From Escherichia phage SDYTW1-F1-2-2_3: a DNA stretch of 64,000 nucleotides. The translations under genes were made by a program, and so were the position numbers. The notes below the pieces were generated by a model. The model was not told the origin of the DNA and made no database searches. It saw only the letters and a list, made by a program, of their open reading frames with translations. The stretch's first letter is position 1, and every line of letters begins with the position of its first letter. Positions 44,332-55,112 of the stretch are shown here, in pieces. The stretch lies in sequence record OR296290.1. One strand, given 5' to 3'.

Positions 44332-46485
44332 ATGTCTAGAGAATTAATGCCCAAATCCGGTATAATGATGCCTCATGTAGTAATCAACAGAGATGCTGCG
44401 GTAGTTGGTGTCTCTACTGTAGATGGAGTTGCTGGTGCAGTTGATCTTACTGGTAAGTACCTACAGAAAACAGATGCGGCAGATACCTATCAAACAAAAA
44501 CTGAAGGTGCTTCTAAGACTTATGTTTTAGATTCTATTCAACCTATCATGGAAGGTGCTTTGTTTAAAGCTGACCCTTTCGTAGATAACAATATCCCTTT
44601 CCGTTCTGCTGGTGCTAATGGTGTAGAATCCATAGATATGATTAAGGTCACTCCAGAGAACTCTATTAAACTTGGAAGTTACGAGTCTTCTGTTCAAGGA
44701 GTAGAGATTCACTCTGCTGGTCGTGTTGTGGTTGTTGATAAGAACGACTCTGGTGTGGAAACCAAGTATCCTGTTTACTCCAAACGCTTCCGTCCTGAGA
44801 TTGAAGATTTACCATTTGCAGCCATAGGCTCTTATGTTAAAGACTCCAAAGGCCGCACGATCGGTGTGAACCGTACAGGTATTAACTCTGATATTAAACA
44901 GTTTACTCAGAAAGTCACCTTCCAGCAGCCTGTAACAATCGCAGATGGTGTGGGTGATTATGATGCTGTAACAATGAGGCAGTTACGTAACAGTGGTGGT
45001 GGTTCTGGTGGTCCTACAATGAGCGGTATCTCTAACTTCGGTATTGGTGATTTCCACTTACGAGATAGTCGCGCTTTTATTCCAGCTTTTGAGGTTACAT
45101 CAGATGGGCAGCTTCTTAATCGTGCTGACTATCCTGATTTATGGGCTTATGCTCAATTATTGACTCCTATTCCTGACTCTCAATGGCTAGGAGATGTTAG
45201 GGAACGTGGTAAATATTCAGTGGGTGATGGTTCTACTACTTTCCGAGTTCCTGACCGAAATGGTGTCCAAGCTGACTCTATTAAAGCATTATTTGCTAGA
45301 GGTGATGCTGGTGTTTCATCTATAAATGGAACAATACAACAAGCTCACGTACCTAATATTTCTGCCAAAATGGACCTCCATGCAGGTGGTTCAGCCAACA
45401 TAATAAGTGGGGCCATTGGAGCTTTTGTAGGCGGTGGTGGCTCAACAACGACTTATAGAACCCCTGGTACGTTAACAGTAAACTCCGGTGCAAGCTCTTT
45501 TGGCACAATGACTTTAGATGCTAGTAAATCTAGCTCTGTGTATGGTTCTATTCCTTCCAACACGGATGAAGTCTTACCTCGTAACTTTACAGGTGTCTGG
45601 ACTATTCGTGCCCATGGTGGGTTTGTAGCTGCTAATACCTCTTGGGCTGTTATTAATAGTGATGCGTCTGCCACACCCGGCGCTTATGTATCTGGCGGGC
45701 AGGTTATATCTAAATATCAGGTTAACGGTGTAGACCGCGCCATTGCCCGCATGAGCGCTGATTGGCGGGTTGGGGATGCCTACCAATCAACAATCCATTT
45801 TTATAATAACTCAACCAATAGCGGCGGAACTGCGATCACTGATTCTCACTACTATTTGAGTGGACCATCTGGACAGATTCTAACTGATTCAAAAACAGGG
45901 ATAGGTGATGCGGGGGGCATGTTTGCGACACCGAATGCAAACGACTTTACTACTAACGGTATTTATGCAGGTGCTGGGGCTAATGGGGTTAACTGGGGGG
46001 ACGCGTATTCGGCACTGCTGCACATGTCTCGCTATAATGCCTCCTCGCAGCGCGCTCAGCTTCAGATCAGTCCCACAGGTTTGTTGAAGGTTCGTGGTGC
46101 CTCCCCTACAACTTGGTCCGACTGGTTCACAATGCAGGCGCAGGGAACTTCTGGACGTGACTTTAAGCGCGACATAACCCCAGCAGACCCGAAAGAAGCA
46201 TTTGACCGGATTGCTTCACAAGATCTTGTCACGTTTATCTATAAGGATGACGAACAGGAGCGCGTTCGTTTCGGTATTATCGCGGAGGATGCGGAGAAGA
46301 TTGCGCCGCAATACATCAAGCACGGCGAGGAGACGGTAGAGGTTGATGGTGAGGTGATCACTCGTGATCATCCGAGAGTCGACGTTAACCCTATTGTCAT
46401 GGATTTAATTGGCGCTGTTCACTATCTCCGTGATGAAGTTGATCAGCTAAAAGCAGAACTGGCTGAGTTGAAAGATAGTAAATAA
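44332..46485 (+). CDS. second tail fibre protein (paralogous collar block + S74-like chaperone)
   Basis: 717 aa; shares about 180 aa block with 41092-44292; C-terminal FIYKDDEQERVRFGIIAEDAEKIAPQYI... Confidence 0.7.
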   Translation: MSRELMPKSGIMMPHVVINRDAAVVGVSTVDGVAGAVDLTGKYLQKTDAADTYQTKTEGASKTYVLDSIQPIMEGALFKADPFVDNNIPFRSAGANGVESIDMIKVTPENSIKLGSYESSVQGVEIHSAGRVVVVDKNDSGVETKYPVYSKRFRPEIEDLPFAAIGSYVKDSKGRTIGVNRTGINSDIKQFTQKVTFQQPVTIADGVGDYDAVTMRQLRNSGGGSGGPTMSGISNFGIGDFHLRDSRAFIPAFEVTSDGQLLNRADYPDLWAYAQLLTPIPDSQWLGDVRERGKYSVGDGSTTFRVPDRNGVQADSIKALFARGDAGVSSINGTIQQAHVPNISAKMDLHAGGSANIISGAIGAFVGGGGSTTTYRTPGTLTVNSGASSFGTMTLDASKSSSVYGSIPSNTDEVLPRNFTGVWTIRAHGGFVAANTSWAVINSDASATPGAYVSGGQVISKYQVNGVDRAIARMSADWRVGDAYQSTIHFYNNSTNSGGTAITDSHYYLSGPSGQILTDSKTGIGDAGGMFATPNANDFTTNGIYAGAGANGVNWGDAYSALLHMSRYNASSQRAQLQISPTGLLKVRGASPTTWSDWFTMQAQGTSGRDFKRDITPADPKEAFDRIASQDLVTFIYKDDEQERVRFGIIAEDAEKIAPQYIKHGEETVEVDGEVITRDHPRVDVNPIVMDLIGAVHYLRDEVDQLKAELAELKDSK

Positions 46486-46578
46486 TCTATTGCCCCTTCG
46501 GGGGCTTTAGTAGTAACTAGAGCTAGTAGGTAATGAAACTAATATATCCCAAGAGGTTAATACATAGGAGATACGTAA

Positions 46579-46797
46579 ATGAAAATGATGAAACAAGCTG
46601 TTTACGGTTTAGTCTGTTTAGGTGCAGGGGTTGTGGTTTCTACAGCAGTTCCTGTTAACGCAGTACATCCATTAGTCACAGCACCAGCTCCTGTTGAGAA
46701 ACTTAGTTCTCAATGCAAGCAGCGAACTATTCAAAATAACTTGGTTGTTATTTGTCCTGATGCTGAATCTAACGCCCTGAGAAAGATACTACCTTAA
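46579..46797 (+). CDS. small membrane/secreted protein next to endolysin (possible holin/spanin-type lysis accessory)
   Basis: 72 aa, single N-terminal hydrophobic segment; position immediately upstream of lysozyme. Confidence 0.35.
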   Translation: MKMMKQAVYGLVCLGAGVVVSTAVPVNAVHPLVTAPAPVEKLSSQCKQRTIQNNLVVICPDAESNALRKILP

Positions 46798-46826
46798 TTT
46801 AAAGGGATCACAAAAGGAGGTTAGAA

Positions 46827-47318
46827 ATGGATAACGTCGCATTGCCACCTGTACAGTTAAACTTAAGCCCAGCTGGAATGGAATTCATCATGAAGCATGA
46901 GGGTATGAGAACCAAGGCTTATAAAGATTCCGCAGGTATCTGGACAATATGTGTAGGGGCTACGCGCGATATGAATGGTTATCCGGTTAGGCAAGGATTA
47001 ACATATTCTATAGAGGATTGTCTAGCTCTGCTAGATAGAGACACACAAGACTCTGTTCGTGCTACTCAGAAAAACATAAAGGTTCCTTTGCTCGTTCATG
47101 AGTTCGATGCACTCACCTCTTTCAACTTCAACGTTGGTAGTGGGGCACTGAGCACATCTAAGTTAAGGAAGGTTATCAATGGAGATGTCAAAGGTGATGT
47201 ATACTCAGAGTTTCTTCGTTGGGATAAAATTACGGTGAAGGGAGAGAAGCAGAGGAGTCAGGGTCTTCATAACAGAAGGGTTGCAGAAGCTGATCTTTAT
47301 ACCGAAGGTAAATATTAA
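46827..47318 (+). CDS. endolysin, GH24 lysozyme (T4 lysozyme-like)
   Basis: MEFIMKHEGMRTKAYKDSAGIWTICVGAT matches the E...D...T catalytic N-terminus of T4-type lysozymes. Confidence 0.8.
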   Translation: MDNVALPPVQLNLSPAGMEFIMKHEGMRTKAYKDSAGIWTICVGATRDMNGYPVRQGLTYSIEDCLALLDRDTQDSVRATQKNIKVPLLVHEFDALTSFNFNVGSGALSTSKLRKVINGDVKGDVYSEFLRWDKITVKGEKQRSQGLHNRRVAEADLYTEGKY

Positions 47319-47330
47319 TGGAGGTGCCTT

Positions 47331-48134
47331 TTGGCTATCGAAAATAATGCGGTAGTAGTTACCGACTTGAATCCACTCTATCCTCGTGATAGGGATTATA
47401 TCTACGAAGGGGCGGCTCAAATCCGCCTCATCAAACAAACACTACAAAACACATTCCCCAATATCACTGAACCAGTTAATGTTGATTCTGATACTTTTAA
47501 GATTATATCAGAGAAGCTCAAGTTTACTGGTGATTCAATGGATGTTGGTGGGCTTATGATTAAGAACGCTACTCCGGGAACTGGTGATAAAGATGTTGTC
47601 ACTAAGGGTCAGATGGAAGCATTCATGAAGAATTGGATGGAGAATAAACTTTATCGTATTGGTTCTTATTACATCACTGAGGAAGATATTAATCCGGGTG
47701 ATTCTATCTCTCTTGGGTTTGGTTCTTGGGCTAAGGTTACTGGTGTTATCATGGGTACTGGTGTAGTTAACCCTGATGGTTCGGTTCCTAATGCTCAGCG
47801 TGTTGAATTCCAAGCAGGTGGTACAGGTGGTCGTGTATTTAATACCATTCGCACTGAGAACGTACCTCTTATGACGATTGACGGTTCTAGTTTTAAAGTT
47901 TCAAGTAACACCCACTCACATAACATGGTCTTTGGTCGTGGAGATGCAAGTGGACACAACAGCTCTCCAAACTGGTATAACCCAGGAACTGGATACAGTA
48001 AGAGAACTGAAGCAGACACTCACACTCACACCATTTCTGGTTCTGTTAGTTTTGGTCGTGATGACATCTCACGTCAACCTATTAACACTTTGCCACCATT
48101 CAGAGCGGCTCACATTTGGAGACGTATTAGCTAA
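47331..48134 (+). CDS. virion/tail protein (putative), TTG start
   Basis: 267 aa; GGAGGTG SD just upstream of TTG 47331. Confidence 0.45.
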   Translation: MAIENNAVVVTDLNPLYPRDRDYIYEGAAQIRLIKQTLQNTFPNITEPVNVDSDTFKIISEKLKFTGDSMDVGGLMIKNATPGTGDKDVVTKGQMEAFMKNWMENKLYRIGSYYITEEDINPGDSISLGFGSWAKVTGVIMGTGVVNPDGSVPNAQRVEFQAGGTGGRVFNTIRTENVPLMTIDGSSFKVSSNTHSHNMVFGRGDASGHNSSPNWYNPGTGYSKRTEADTHTHTISGSVSFGRDDISRQPINTLPPFRAAHIWRRIS

Positions 48135-48143
48135 GGAGGAATT

Positions 48144-51143
48144 ATGGCGCTGTATCCAATCAAGTCTTTAGGTGCTATAGGCGTAATTGCTGATCAGGCT
48201 CCAACGGACTTAGCTCCTAATGCTTTCACTAATGCTATAAACGCTCGCTTTGTTGAGCAGAGGGTTTTTAAGACGGGGGGCAATGCCCCTCTTTCTTACG
48301 TAGATGAAGATAAAGATTTAACACCTCTGTCTTTTGTATCTATGCCTTTTGACTACTATAGCGCAGGCAATAGCTTTCTTGTTGTGGGAACCGATAAGAA
48401 GTTATATAAGCTGACAGATGAAAGCTTGACTGATATAAGCCGTAAGGTTGCTACAGTCACTAAGAGGGCTTCTGCCTCTATTAAGATTTATCCAGTTGTT
48501 TCTAGAATTATTCCTAAAGAGACTGCAATCTCTATGAACTTTAACCAGACTAAAGCTCTCGAAGTTTCTGTTCTTCCAGAGGATGCTAACAATGCTGAAC
48601 TGGTCTGGAGTTTAAGTAATTCTTCTTATGGTCAGATAACAGTAGACCCGACAGATTCTAAGAAAGCTTCTCTAAAATCTCTGAGTAAGGAAGGTAATCT
48701 AGTTGTTACCGTGAAGACTAAAGATGAGACAGTATCTGCTCAGATTGCTGTTAATATCATTGATGGTGATTCAGGTATCTTCTTAAGCCAAGACACGGTG
48801 ACTGTCCGTAAAGGAAGCAATACTACGATTACAGCTGTTACTGGAAAAACTCCTGTGAGCTGGTCTACTAACAACGGAGCTATTGTATCAGTTGTTCCTA
48901 ACACAAATACCCTAACTGCTGTTATCACAGCTAACGGCACAGGAACTGCAACCATTACAGCAGACAATGGAACGAAGACTGCTACTTGTACTGTTAACGC
49001 AATACCTCAGATTGATAGTGTTTCTTTAAGTCAGACTGATGTTACTGTTAACAGAGGTACTCAGTATATTCTCACAGCTACAGTATCTCCAGCTAATGCT
49101 CCTAATAAGAACATTACTTGGACCTCCTCTAATCCAAACATTGCTACAGTATCTGGCACAGGAACAGAAGCTACCATCACTGCAATTACAGCTGGGTTTA
49201 CAGAGATTACTGCTACTACTCAAGAAGGTAATAGAACTGCTGTTTGTACTGTCCGTGTTGAGCTTGCTGGTAGAATGTTAAGATCTTCCTTTATGGCAAC
49301 AGCAGAACCAGAACCAGTTTCTGAAGAAGTTGTAGTTCCTGAATCAGAGGATGTTGTTTATTTTGCAGCACCTACATCTGGAATAGACACAACAGGGATG
49401 GCTGAAGGTAATAGCTTCTACGACTACTCTAACGTAAACGATATGGAAGGTTTTGCAAGAGCTTCTCTCTTTGCCACTCCTCTTGATTCTGTAACATTAG
49501 ATGTTGTCAGTGCTTCTCTTGATGTTGGAGAAGAGATTGTTATTACAGCTACTGCTTCCCCTGAAGGAGAGTATTCATACCTTTGGTCTGTAGATAAAAC
49601 TGGTTATGTTTCTACAACATCTGTAACAGGGAAAACACTTAAACTTACCGCTCTTCGTAAAGGTGAGATTAATGTAACTTGTACAGTAAGCCAGATGACT
49701 CAGAGAGACTATGATGCATTTGATGATTATCCTTGGTATCATGCAGTAATCTCCAACTGTGCAGTAGCAACCACTCATTATGAAACACCTCAGGTTAAAG
49801 AGTTTGAATCTGAATATTTTGTAGATCTTCCGGGATGGGGTGAACAGACAGTAGTGGATAATGATGGGAACCCTTCGGTTAAGAAATTCAACTGGAAGTG
49901 TGAGAGAGTAAGATCTTTCAACAACAGATTGTTTGCTCTGAATATGAGGGAGTCTAATGCATCTGGTGTTACCACTAACTACCCGCTTCGTCTTCGTTGG
50001 TCTAACTTTGCCAATGAGAACAAAGCTCCTACGTTATGGGATGACTTCGCTTATGATCGAGTTGTGTCTTCGGACCTAGCTTCTAATATCGTAGGTCAGA
50101 CTCAGGCGCTAGAGAATGGCTACGCTGGTTACATAGACTTGGCTGACTCTAACGGTAGCTTGATTGATATTCTTCCTCTTAAAGATTACTTGTTCGTTTA
50201 TACAGAGTTTGAAACGTACATTGGTTCTCCAACTAATAACACGTACCAGCCTCTTATGTTCAAGAAACTCTTTAACGATTCCGGTATCCTTGCCCCTGAG
50301 TGTGTAGTAGAAGTTGAAGGTAGTCATTTCGTAGTCACTCAGAACGACGTGATCTTACACAATGGTGCAACTAAGAAGTCAATCGCTTCTAACCGTGTTA
50401 AGAATATGCTGATTAATGAGATATGTCTGGTTAACCCTTTAGCAACTCGGGTGCATTTGCATCAGGACAAGAAAGAAGTTTGGGTTCTCTATGTAGGTCC
50501 GGGAGAGCCGAAAGAAAGCTTCGCTTGTACTAAAGCTGCTGTATGGAACTACGAGTTTGATACTTGGTCTTTCCGTACTATCCCATATGCTCAATGTATT
50601 GGTCTGGTTGATCCTCCTGTTCTTGAGAGAGGTCCAATCTGGGCTGACTTCCAAGAGATCACCTGGGATGACCCTTCAATCAAAGAGCTTGTTTGGAGAA
50701 AAGATGCAACTAACTTCCGTCAGAGGGTTACTATAGTAGGTTCGTTCTTACGAGGTTTCTATCAAGTGGATGTTGGTGCTTTGGATTACTTCTATGATAG
50801 GCTTAATGATAAGGTTATAGAAAAACCACTGGAGATGAGGTTAGAGAGAACTGGTATGGATTTTGATAACATCACTAACGAATGGAATCAGAAACATATC
50901 AACAGGTTCAGACCTCAGACGACAGGTTCCGGTACGTATACTTTTGAAGCAGGTGGTAGTCAATTCTCTAACGAGTATGGTCATCCACACACATCTAAGA
51001 CGTATACGATTGGTGTTGATAGGCATGTCTCGGTGAGACTGAACCATCCATACCTTTTCTATAATGTTATAGATAATGATGTTAACAGTAATGCTGCTAT
51101 CAATGGGTTAACGATAGAGTTTGCTGTTGGCGGGCGGAGATAA
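48144..51143 (+). CDS. large structural protein with Big_2 Ig-like domains
   Basis: 999 aa; at least two Big_2-like repeats (about aa 215-285 and 295-370); terminator after stop. Confidence 0.55.
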   Translation: MALYPIKSLGAIGVIADQAPTDLAPNAFTNAINARFVEQRVFKTGGNAPLSYVDEDKDLTPLSFVSMPFDYYSAGNSFLVVGTDKKLYKLTDESLTDISRKVATVTKRASASIKIYPVVSRIIPKETAISMNFNQTKALEVSVLPEDANNAELVWSLSNSSYGQITVDPTDSKKASLKSLSKEGNLVVTVKTKDETVSAQIAVNIIDGDSGIFLSQDTVTVRKGSNTTITAVTGKTPVSWSTNNGAIVSVVPNTNTLTAVITANGTGTATITADNGTKTATCTVNAIPQIDSVSLSQTDVTVNRGTQYILTATVSPANAPNKNITWTSSNPNIATVSGTGTEATITAITAGFTEITATTQEGNRTAVCTVRVELAGRMLRSSFMATAEPEPVSEEVVVPESEDVVYFAAPTSGIDTTGMAEGNSFYDYSNVNDMEGFARASLFATPLDSVTLDVVSASLDVGEEIVITATASPEGEYSYLWSVDKTGYVSTTSVTGKTLKLTALRKGEINVTCTVSQMTQRDYDAFDDYPWYHAVISNCAVATTHYETPQVKEFESEYFVDLPGWGEQTVVDNDGNPSVKKFNWKCERVRSFNNRLFALNMRESNASGVTTNYPLRLRWSNFANENKAPTLWDDFAYDRVVSSDLASNIVGQTQALENGYAGYIDLADSNGSLIDILPLKDYLFVYTEFETYIGSPTNNTYQPLMFKKLFNDSGILAPECVVEVEGSHFVVTQNDVILHNGATKKSIASNRVKNMLINEICLVNPLATRVHLHQDKKEVWVLYVGPGEPKESFACTKAAVWNYEFDTWSFRTIPYAQCIGLVDPPVLERGPIWADFQEITWDDPSIKELVWRKDATNFRQRVTIVGSFLRGFYQVDVGALDYFYDRLNDKVIEKPLEMRLERTGMDFDNITNEWNQKHINRFRPQTTGSGTYTFEAGGSQFSNEYGHPHTSKTYTIGVDRHVSVRLNHPYLFYNVIDNDVNSNAAINGLTIEFAVGGRR

Positions 51144-51149
51144 CAACAA

Positions 51150-51176
51150 GGGGCTTCGTGCCCCTTTTATTGTTTT
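51150..51176 (+). terminator. intrinsic terminator
   Basis: GGGGCttcgtGCCCC then TTTTATTGTTTT. Confidence 0.65.
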
Positions 51177-51186
51177 GGAGGAACTT

Positions 51187-52200
51187 ATGGGTGCAGGTGG
51201 TTTTCGTAAGAACACTGGTCGCAATAACACCACACTCCCGTACAACGTTGGGTTTCTCAATAATGTACAGGACACAGAAACTTATAACGTAGCCGTGTAT
51301 GATGAACTACAGAAAGTCAGCACAGCTACTAACCAAATGTTCCAAGCTATTGATGAGATTCACGATGAGATTGATGTTCGTATCAAAGCTCTTAATGCGA
51401 TGAACTTACAATTTGATGAGCTTGAGAACAGGATTACTACAGAGATTGAAACAGCTATTGCAGACATCATCACACAGATGGGCAACTTATCCACTGATGA
51501 CATTTGGGATAACTCAGTACAGCCTCCGGTTAAACTGGAAAGCTCTATCTCTGGTATTAAAACAAGTATCGAAGGCAATGATTTAAAGATTCAAACTGTG
51601 CAAGGGATTGTTAATGACCAAGGTGAAGAGATTGCTTTGGTTCAAACAGAATTAACCTCTCAAGGTCAACAAATCTCTGACGTAGACGGCAGAGTTACCA
51701 CTGTTCAAAACTCTCTATCCCAGTACATGAAGCTTACCTCATACGAAGCAACTTGGGGTGTTAACTCTTCTGTTAACGGTCAGTACGCTGGAGTTAAGCT
51801 AACTAACAATGGAACAAACAGTCAATTCCAAGTAACAGCTAACAAGTTCATCGTTGGTAATGGCACGACAGGGAATACTCCTTTTGTGTTTGAGAACGGA
51901 AGAGCTAGGATGGAGTTCGCTGATATAAAGAACGTCAACATTACAACTGCTATGATTGCTAATGCTAGGATTCAGTGGGCACAGATTGATAATGTTAGTA
52001 TAACAAATGCACAAATAACGAGTTTATCTGCTAATAAAATAACAGCGGGAGCTATGAGTGGTTCAAACTGGAGACTCACTGTTGGTGGTGATTTTCAATT
52101 AGGTGCTGGTTCTGGTAGTAACCGGTTGTGGATGAATGGTAGCCGTATCGACTTCTATGATGCAAGCGGTACGCTCCGTATTAGAATAGGGACTTGGTAA
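51187..52200 (+). CDS. virion protein (putative)
   Basis: Track ORF trimmed to ATG 51187 after GGAGG SD, downstream of terminator. Confidence 0.5.
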   Translation: MGAGGFRKNTGRNNTTLPYNVGFLNNVQDTETYNVAVYDELQKVSTATNQMFQAIDEIHDEIDVRIKALNAMNLQFDELENRITTEIETAIADIITQMGNLSTDDIWDNSVQPPVKLESSISGIKTSIEGNDLKIQTVQGIVNDQGEEIALVQTELTSQGQQISDVDGRVTTVQNSLSQYMKLTSYEATWGVNSSVNGQYAGVKLTNNGTNSQFQVTANKFIVGNGTTGNTPFVFENGRARMEFADIKNVNITTAMIANARIQWAQIDNVSITNAQITSLSANKITAGAMSGSNWRLTVGGDFQLGAGSGSNRLWMNGSRIDFYDASGTLRIRIGTW

Positions 52201-52201
52201 T

Positions 52202-53236
52202 ATGGCATATGGAATATGGACAACACCAGCCGGGCCGGGACCAGCTTCTCCGGCTGAGCTTTTTATCGACAGTGGTACTACTTTCCCTCAATTAAGAAAC
52301 AGGGTCAGTGGTAATTTCACCTTTAATGGCAAAACATGTGATCTACCTATCAGTGGGTGGGATGGTAGTGGTCAGATAGTTATAGTACCTACAGGTTCTG
52401 TGGTTTGGGAACGATACATACCTCCTAACGTAACATCAGACGTCTACTGGCTAACTAATATATCTGTTATTAACAGGTCTACTTTCAGAGTTACTATGGA
52501 TTACAATGTTAATGGTTGGATATTTGATATGGCTTTTAATGTTTATCAAATCTGGCCTAGGGCGAATAGAAACTACGGCATAACCTTTTCCAACTCAGCA
52601 GATTACTTCTCTATCTCTGATGCAGGTGTTGTTGGTCAGTGTATCTGGGCTTGGGAGGGAAATATAAATAGTTCTATGCAAATCCCAGCTATTAGCGGTT
52701 TTGATATGAATAGAGCGTCTGTTTTTGCTAACTGGAACAACGGGAGTGCTGGACTGCTGTATAACCCTTCTAACAGGACTGTGTATGTTTATCAAAACAG
52801 ATCTCATAATAACGGGAACACAAACCAAACAGGCTCTATTAGCGGCGTTAGAATCGCAGTATTCTGTGATGGTGCGGGAGTTCCTACTCACAACGGTGGA
52901 CTAAACATATATTCCCCTAATGGTTCTCAATGTGTATTTTCCACATACAGAACACCTTTCATGGTTGATAGGTTTATGCCTATGAGTGGGGGCAATACCA
53001 CATTGTCATACCCTATGATTCCTCTTTCTTATGGAGCTGGAGCCATAAGAGGAAGCGCTAGTGGATGGTATTTCCAACATGCAAGATCTCACACAATGAG
53101 TGGTTCTTCCTTTGGTACAGGTTATGGTAGGATGATCTATTCTTGGTCCAACCAATATGACTTAGGTGGAGGTGGGGCTATTGGTTTAAACATCCCAGTC
53201 CTAGATGCTAGGAAGATTTTTAGAAGCATACAATAA
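52202..53236 (+). CDS. virion protein (putative)
   Basis: 344 aa, tightly coupled to upstream gene. Confidence 0.5.
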   Translation: MAYGIWTTPAGPGPASPAELFIDSGTTFPQLRNRVSGNFTFNGKTCDLPISGWDGSGQIVIVPTGSVVWERYIPPNVTSDVYWLTNISVINRSTFRVTMDYNVNGWIFDMAFNVYQIWPRANRNYGITFSNSADYFSISDAGVVGQCIWAWEGNINSSMQIPAISGFDMNRASVFANWNNGSAGLLYNPSNRTVYVYQNRSHNNGNTNQTGSISGVRIAVFCDGAGVPTHNGGLNIYSPNGSQCVFSTYRTPFMVDRFMPMSGGNTTLSYPMIPLSYGAGAIRGSASGWYFQHARSHTMSGSSFGTGYGRMIYSWSNQYDLGGGGAIGLNIPVLDARKIFRSIQ

Positions 53237-53245
53237 GGAGAGCTT

Positions 53246-54028
53246 ATGGCAATTAGAATGGGTATAGAAGAACTAGACCCGATGGTTCAACAGGCTTCAA
53301 AGAAGTATGGAATACCAGCTGCTTTGATTCATGCTGTAATTCAAAGGGAGTCTAGTGGTCGTCCTAAAGTGGCTTCCGGAACTGGTCCTGTTGGTTTAAT
53401 GCAGATCAGTAAAGGGTTAGCCAAAGACTATGGTTACAAACTAGAAGACAGACTTGACCCAGCAAAGAATATCGATATGGGTGCTCGTTATATAAGAGAT
53501 AACCTGAAAGCTTTCAACGGTGATGTTAAGAAAGCAATGGTTGGTTACTCAGAAGGAACTGGTGGTGCTAAGCAGATGTTCGCTGGTAAGAAAGGATTTA
53601 CTCCTCAAGCTCTTGACTCAATGAACAACAAACACTTCCTCCCGTTTTATGGTGATGCAGCTTCTCAGATTGCTAACCCAATTGGAGCTTTGCAAGCTGT
53701 TCAACCAGTCAATCAGTTTAATCCTGACTTGTTAGACAGAGAGAAGGCTGCACAAGCTCCCACTCAGGCAGAGATTGCTGCTTCTAAGACAGGTGCTTTA
53801 GGTGGTAATCCGGTAGAGTTTTACTCTGATGAAGTCCAAGAAGGAGAAGACCAGAAGCCTCAACAGAACTTTGGTAATGCAGTATTAGGAGTAGCTGCTA
53901 TGCTTGCTGGTAAACCTCCTACATCTCAAACAGTTCAGAGAGCGAGTGCACCACATGCGGCAGGTTCTCAGTACAGCCCACAAACACAAGCAGTGCTTAG
54001 ACGTTTGGCTAGCATTGGTGTTAAGTAA
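53246..54028 (+). CDS. lytic transglycosylase (SLT domain) virion protein
   Basis: AALIHAVIQRESSGRPKVASGTGPVGLMQI SLT catalytic motif. Confidence 0.75.
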   Translation: MAIRMGIEELDPMVQQASKKYGIPAALIHAVIQRESSGRPKVASGTGPVGLMQISKGLAKDYGYKLEDRLDPAKNIDMGARYIRDNLKAFNGDVKKAMVGYSEGTGGAKQMFAGKKGFTPQALDSMNNKHFLPFYGDAASQIANPIGALQAVQPVNQFNPDLLDREKAAQAPTQAEIAASKTGALGGNPVEFYSDEVQEGEDQKPQQNFGNAVLGVAAMLAGKPPTSQTVQRASAPHAAGSQYSPQTQAVLRRLASIGVK

Positions 54029-54047
54029 TAATCGTTAAGGAGGACTT

Positions 54048-55100
54048 ATGTCTTTATTTGGAAAATCAGCTTCTAGCAAAACCACAGTGGCTCCTTCCTC
54101 TCAGGTTGATGCCCTGCTGAAGCAGATTGTTGCTAATGCTCAGAATATGCAGAACAACGATCAGGGATTTATTTCCCAACAGCTGGCTGGGTTTAATGGC
54201 AACCAACAAGGTGCTCTGAATAACTTAGCAGCTTCTACAACTCAAAAGCAATTGGCTGATATGTACACACCTCGTACACAGCAAGGTTTGGACCAACTGA
54301 ACTCTCTTGCCAAACAGTATCAGAATATTGTTAATGGTGGCGGTTTAACTGCTGATGGTGTTAACAACTTTAGTAAAGGATTAAATAGCTCAGCTCTTGC
54401 TCAGGCTACTAGCAAAGCAGCTTCTAATGTTTCTCTTGGCAATGGCTCTGATTCAGGCTCTCTCCGTAGGGCTGCGGCTCAAGGGGCGGCTTTGAATGGT
54501 GCTAATACAAATCTATCTCGTACCATCAATGGTAAGAACATGGGAATCAGTGCTCTTCAACAAGACCAGAACTTCCAGAGAGGTTTGCTTGGTGCTCAGT
54601 CTGGTTTAGCTGGACAGAATCTCAATCTTGGTGCTCAAGGTGTTCAGTCAACTCAGCAAGCTATCCAGAATCAACTTATGGCTGGTAATCTACAACAGCA
54701 ACAAGCTCAAGCTCAAGCAGATATCAATTGGCAAAACGCTATTGGTTCTCAGCAGTATGGATGGAATCAGCTTAACAACCAGCTTAATGTATTAAACAGT
54801 GTAAGCCCAATGGCTGGATACACAATTAAGAATGCTGCTCCGGGGGTTAATACTGGACAACAGCTCCTAGGTGCTGGTATCACTGGTTTAGGTATTGCAG
54901 GTCGTATGGGAGCTTTCTCTCCTAACCAACAGACTCAGAATGCTTGGAGTTCCTATAACAACTCAGGTGGGCAGTCTGGTATGGCTGGTCCTATGATTGG
55001 AGGTTCTAATCTTTCTCAACAGAAAGGTCAGTCTAACTGGTTATCCACAACGGGTAATAATATCTTAGGCGGTGTCTTAGGGGCATTCGGAGCAAACTAA
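54048..55100 (+). CDS. Gln/Asn/Gly-rich low-complexity protein (paralog 1)
   Basis: 350 aa; N-terminus MSLFGKSASSKTT...GFNGNQQGALNNLA parallels the next gene. Confidence 0.5.
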   Translation: MSLFGKSASSKTTVAPSSQVDALLKQIVANAQNMQNNDQGFISQQLAGFNGNQQGALNNLAASTTQKQLADMYTPRTQQGLDQLNSLAKQYQNIVNGGGLTADGVNNFSKGLNSSALAQATSKAASNVSLGNGSDSGSLRRAAAQGAALNGANTNLSRTINGKNMGISALQQDQNFQRGLLGAQSGLAGQNLNLGAQGVQSTQQAIQNQLMAGNLQQQQAQAQADINWQNAIGSQQYGWNQLNNQLNVLNSVSPMAGYTIKNAAPGVNTGQQLLGAGITGLGIAGRMGAFSPNQQTQNAWSSYNNSGGQSGMAGPMIGGSNLSQQKGQSNWLSTTGNNILGGVLGAFGAN

Positions 55101-55112
55101 AGGAGATTTGAT

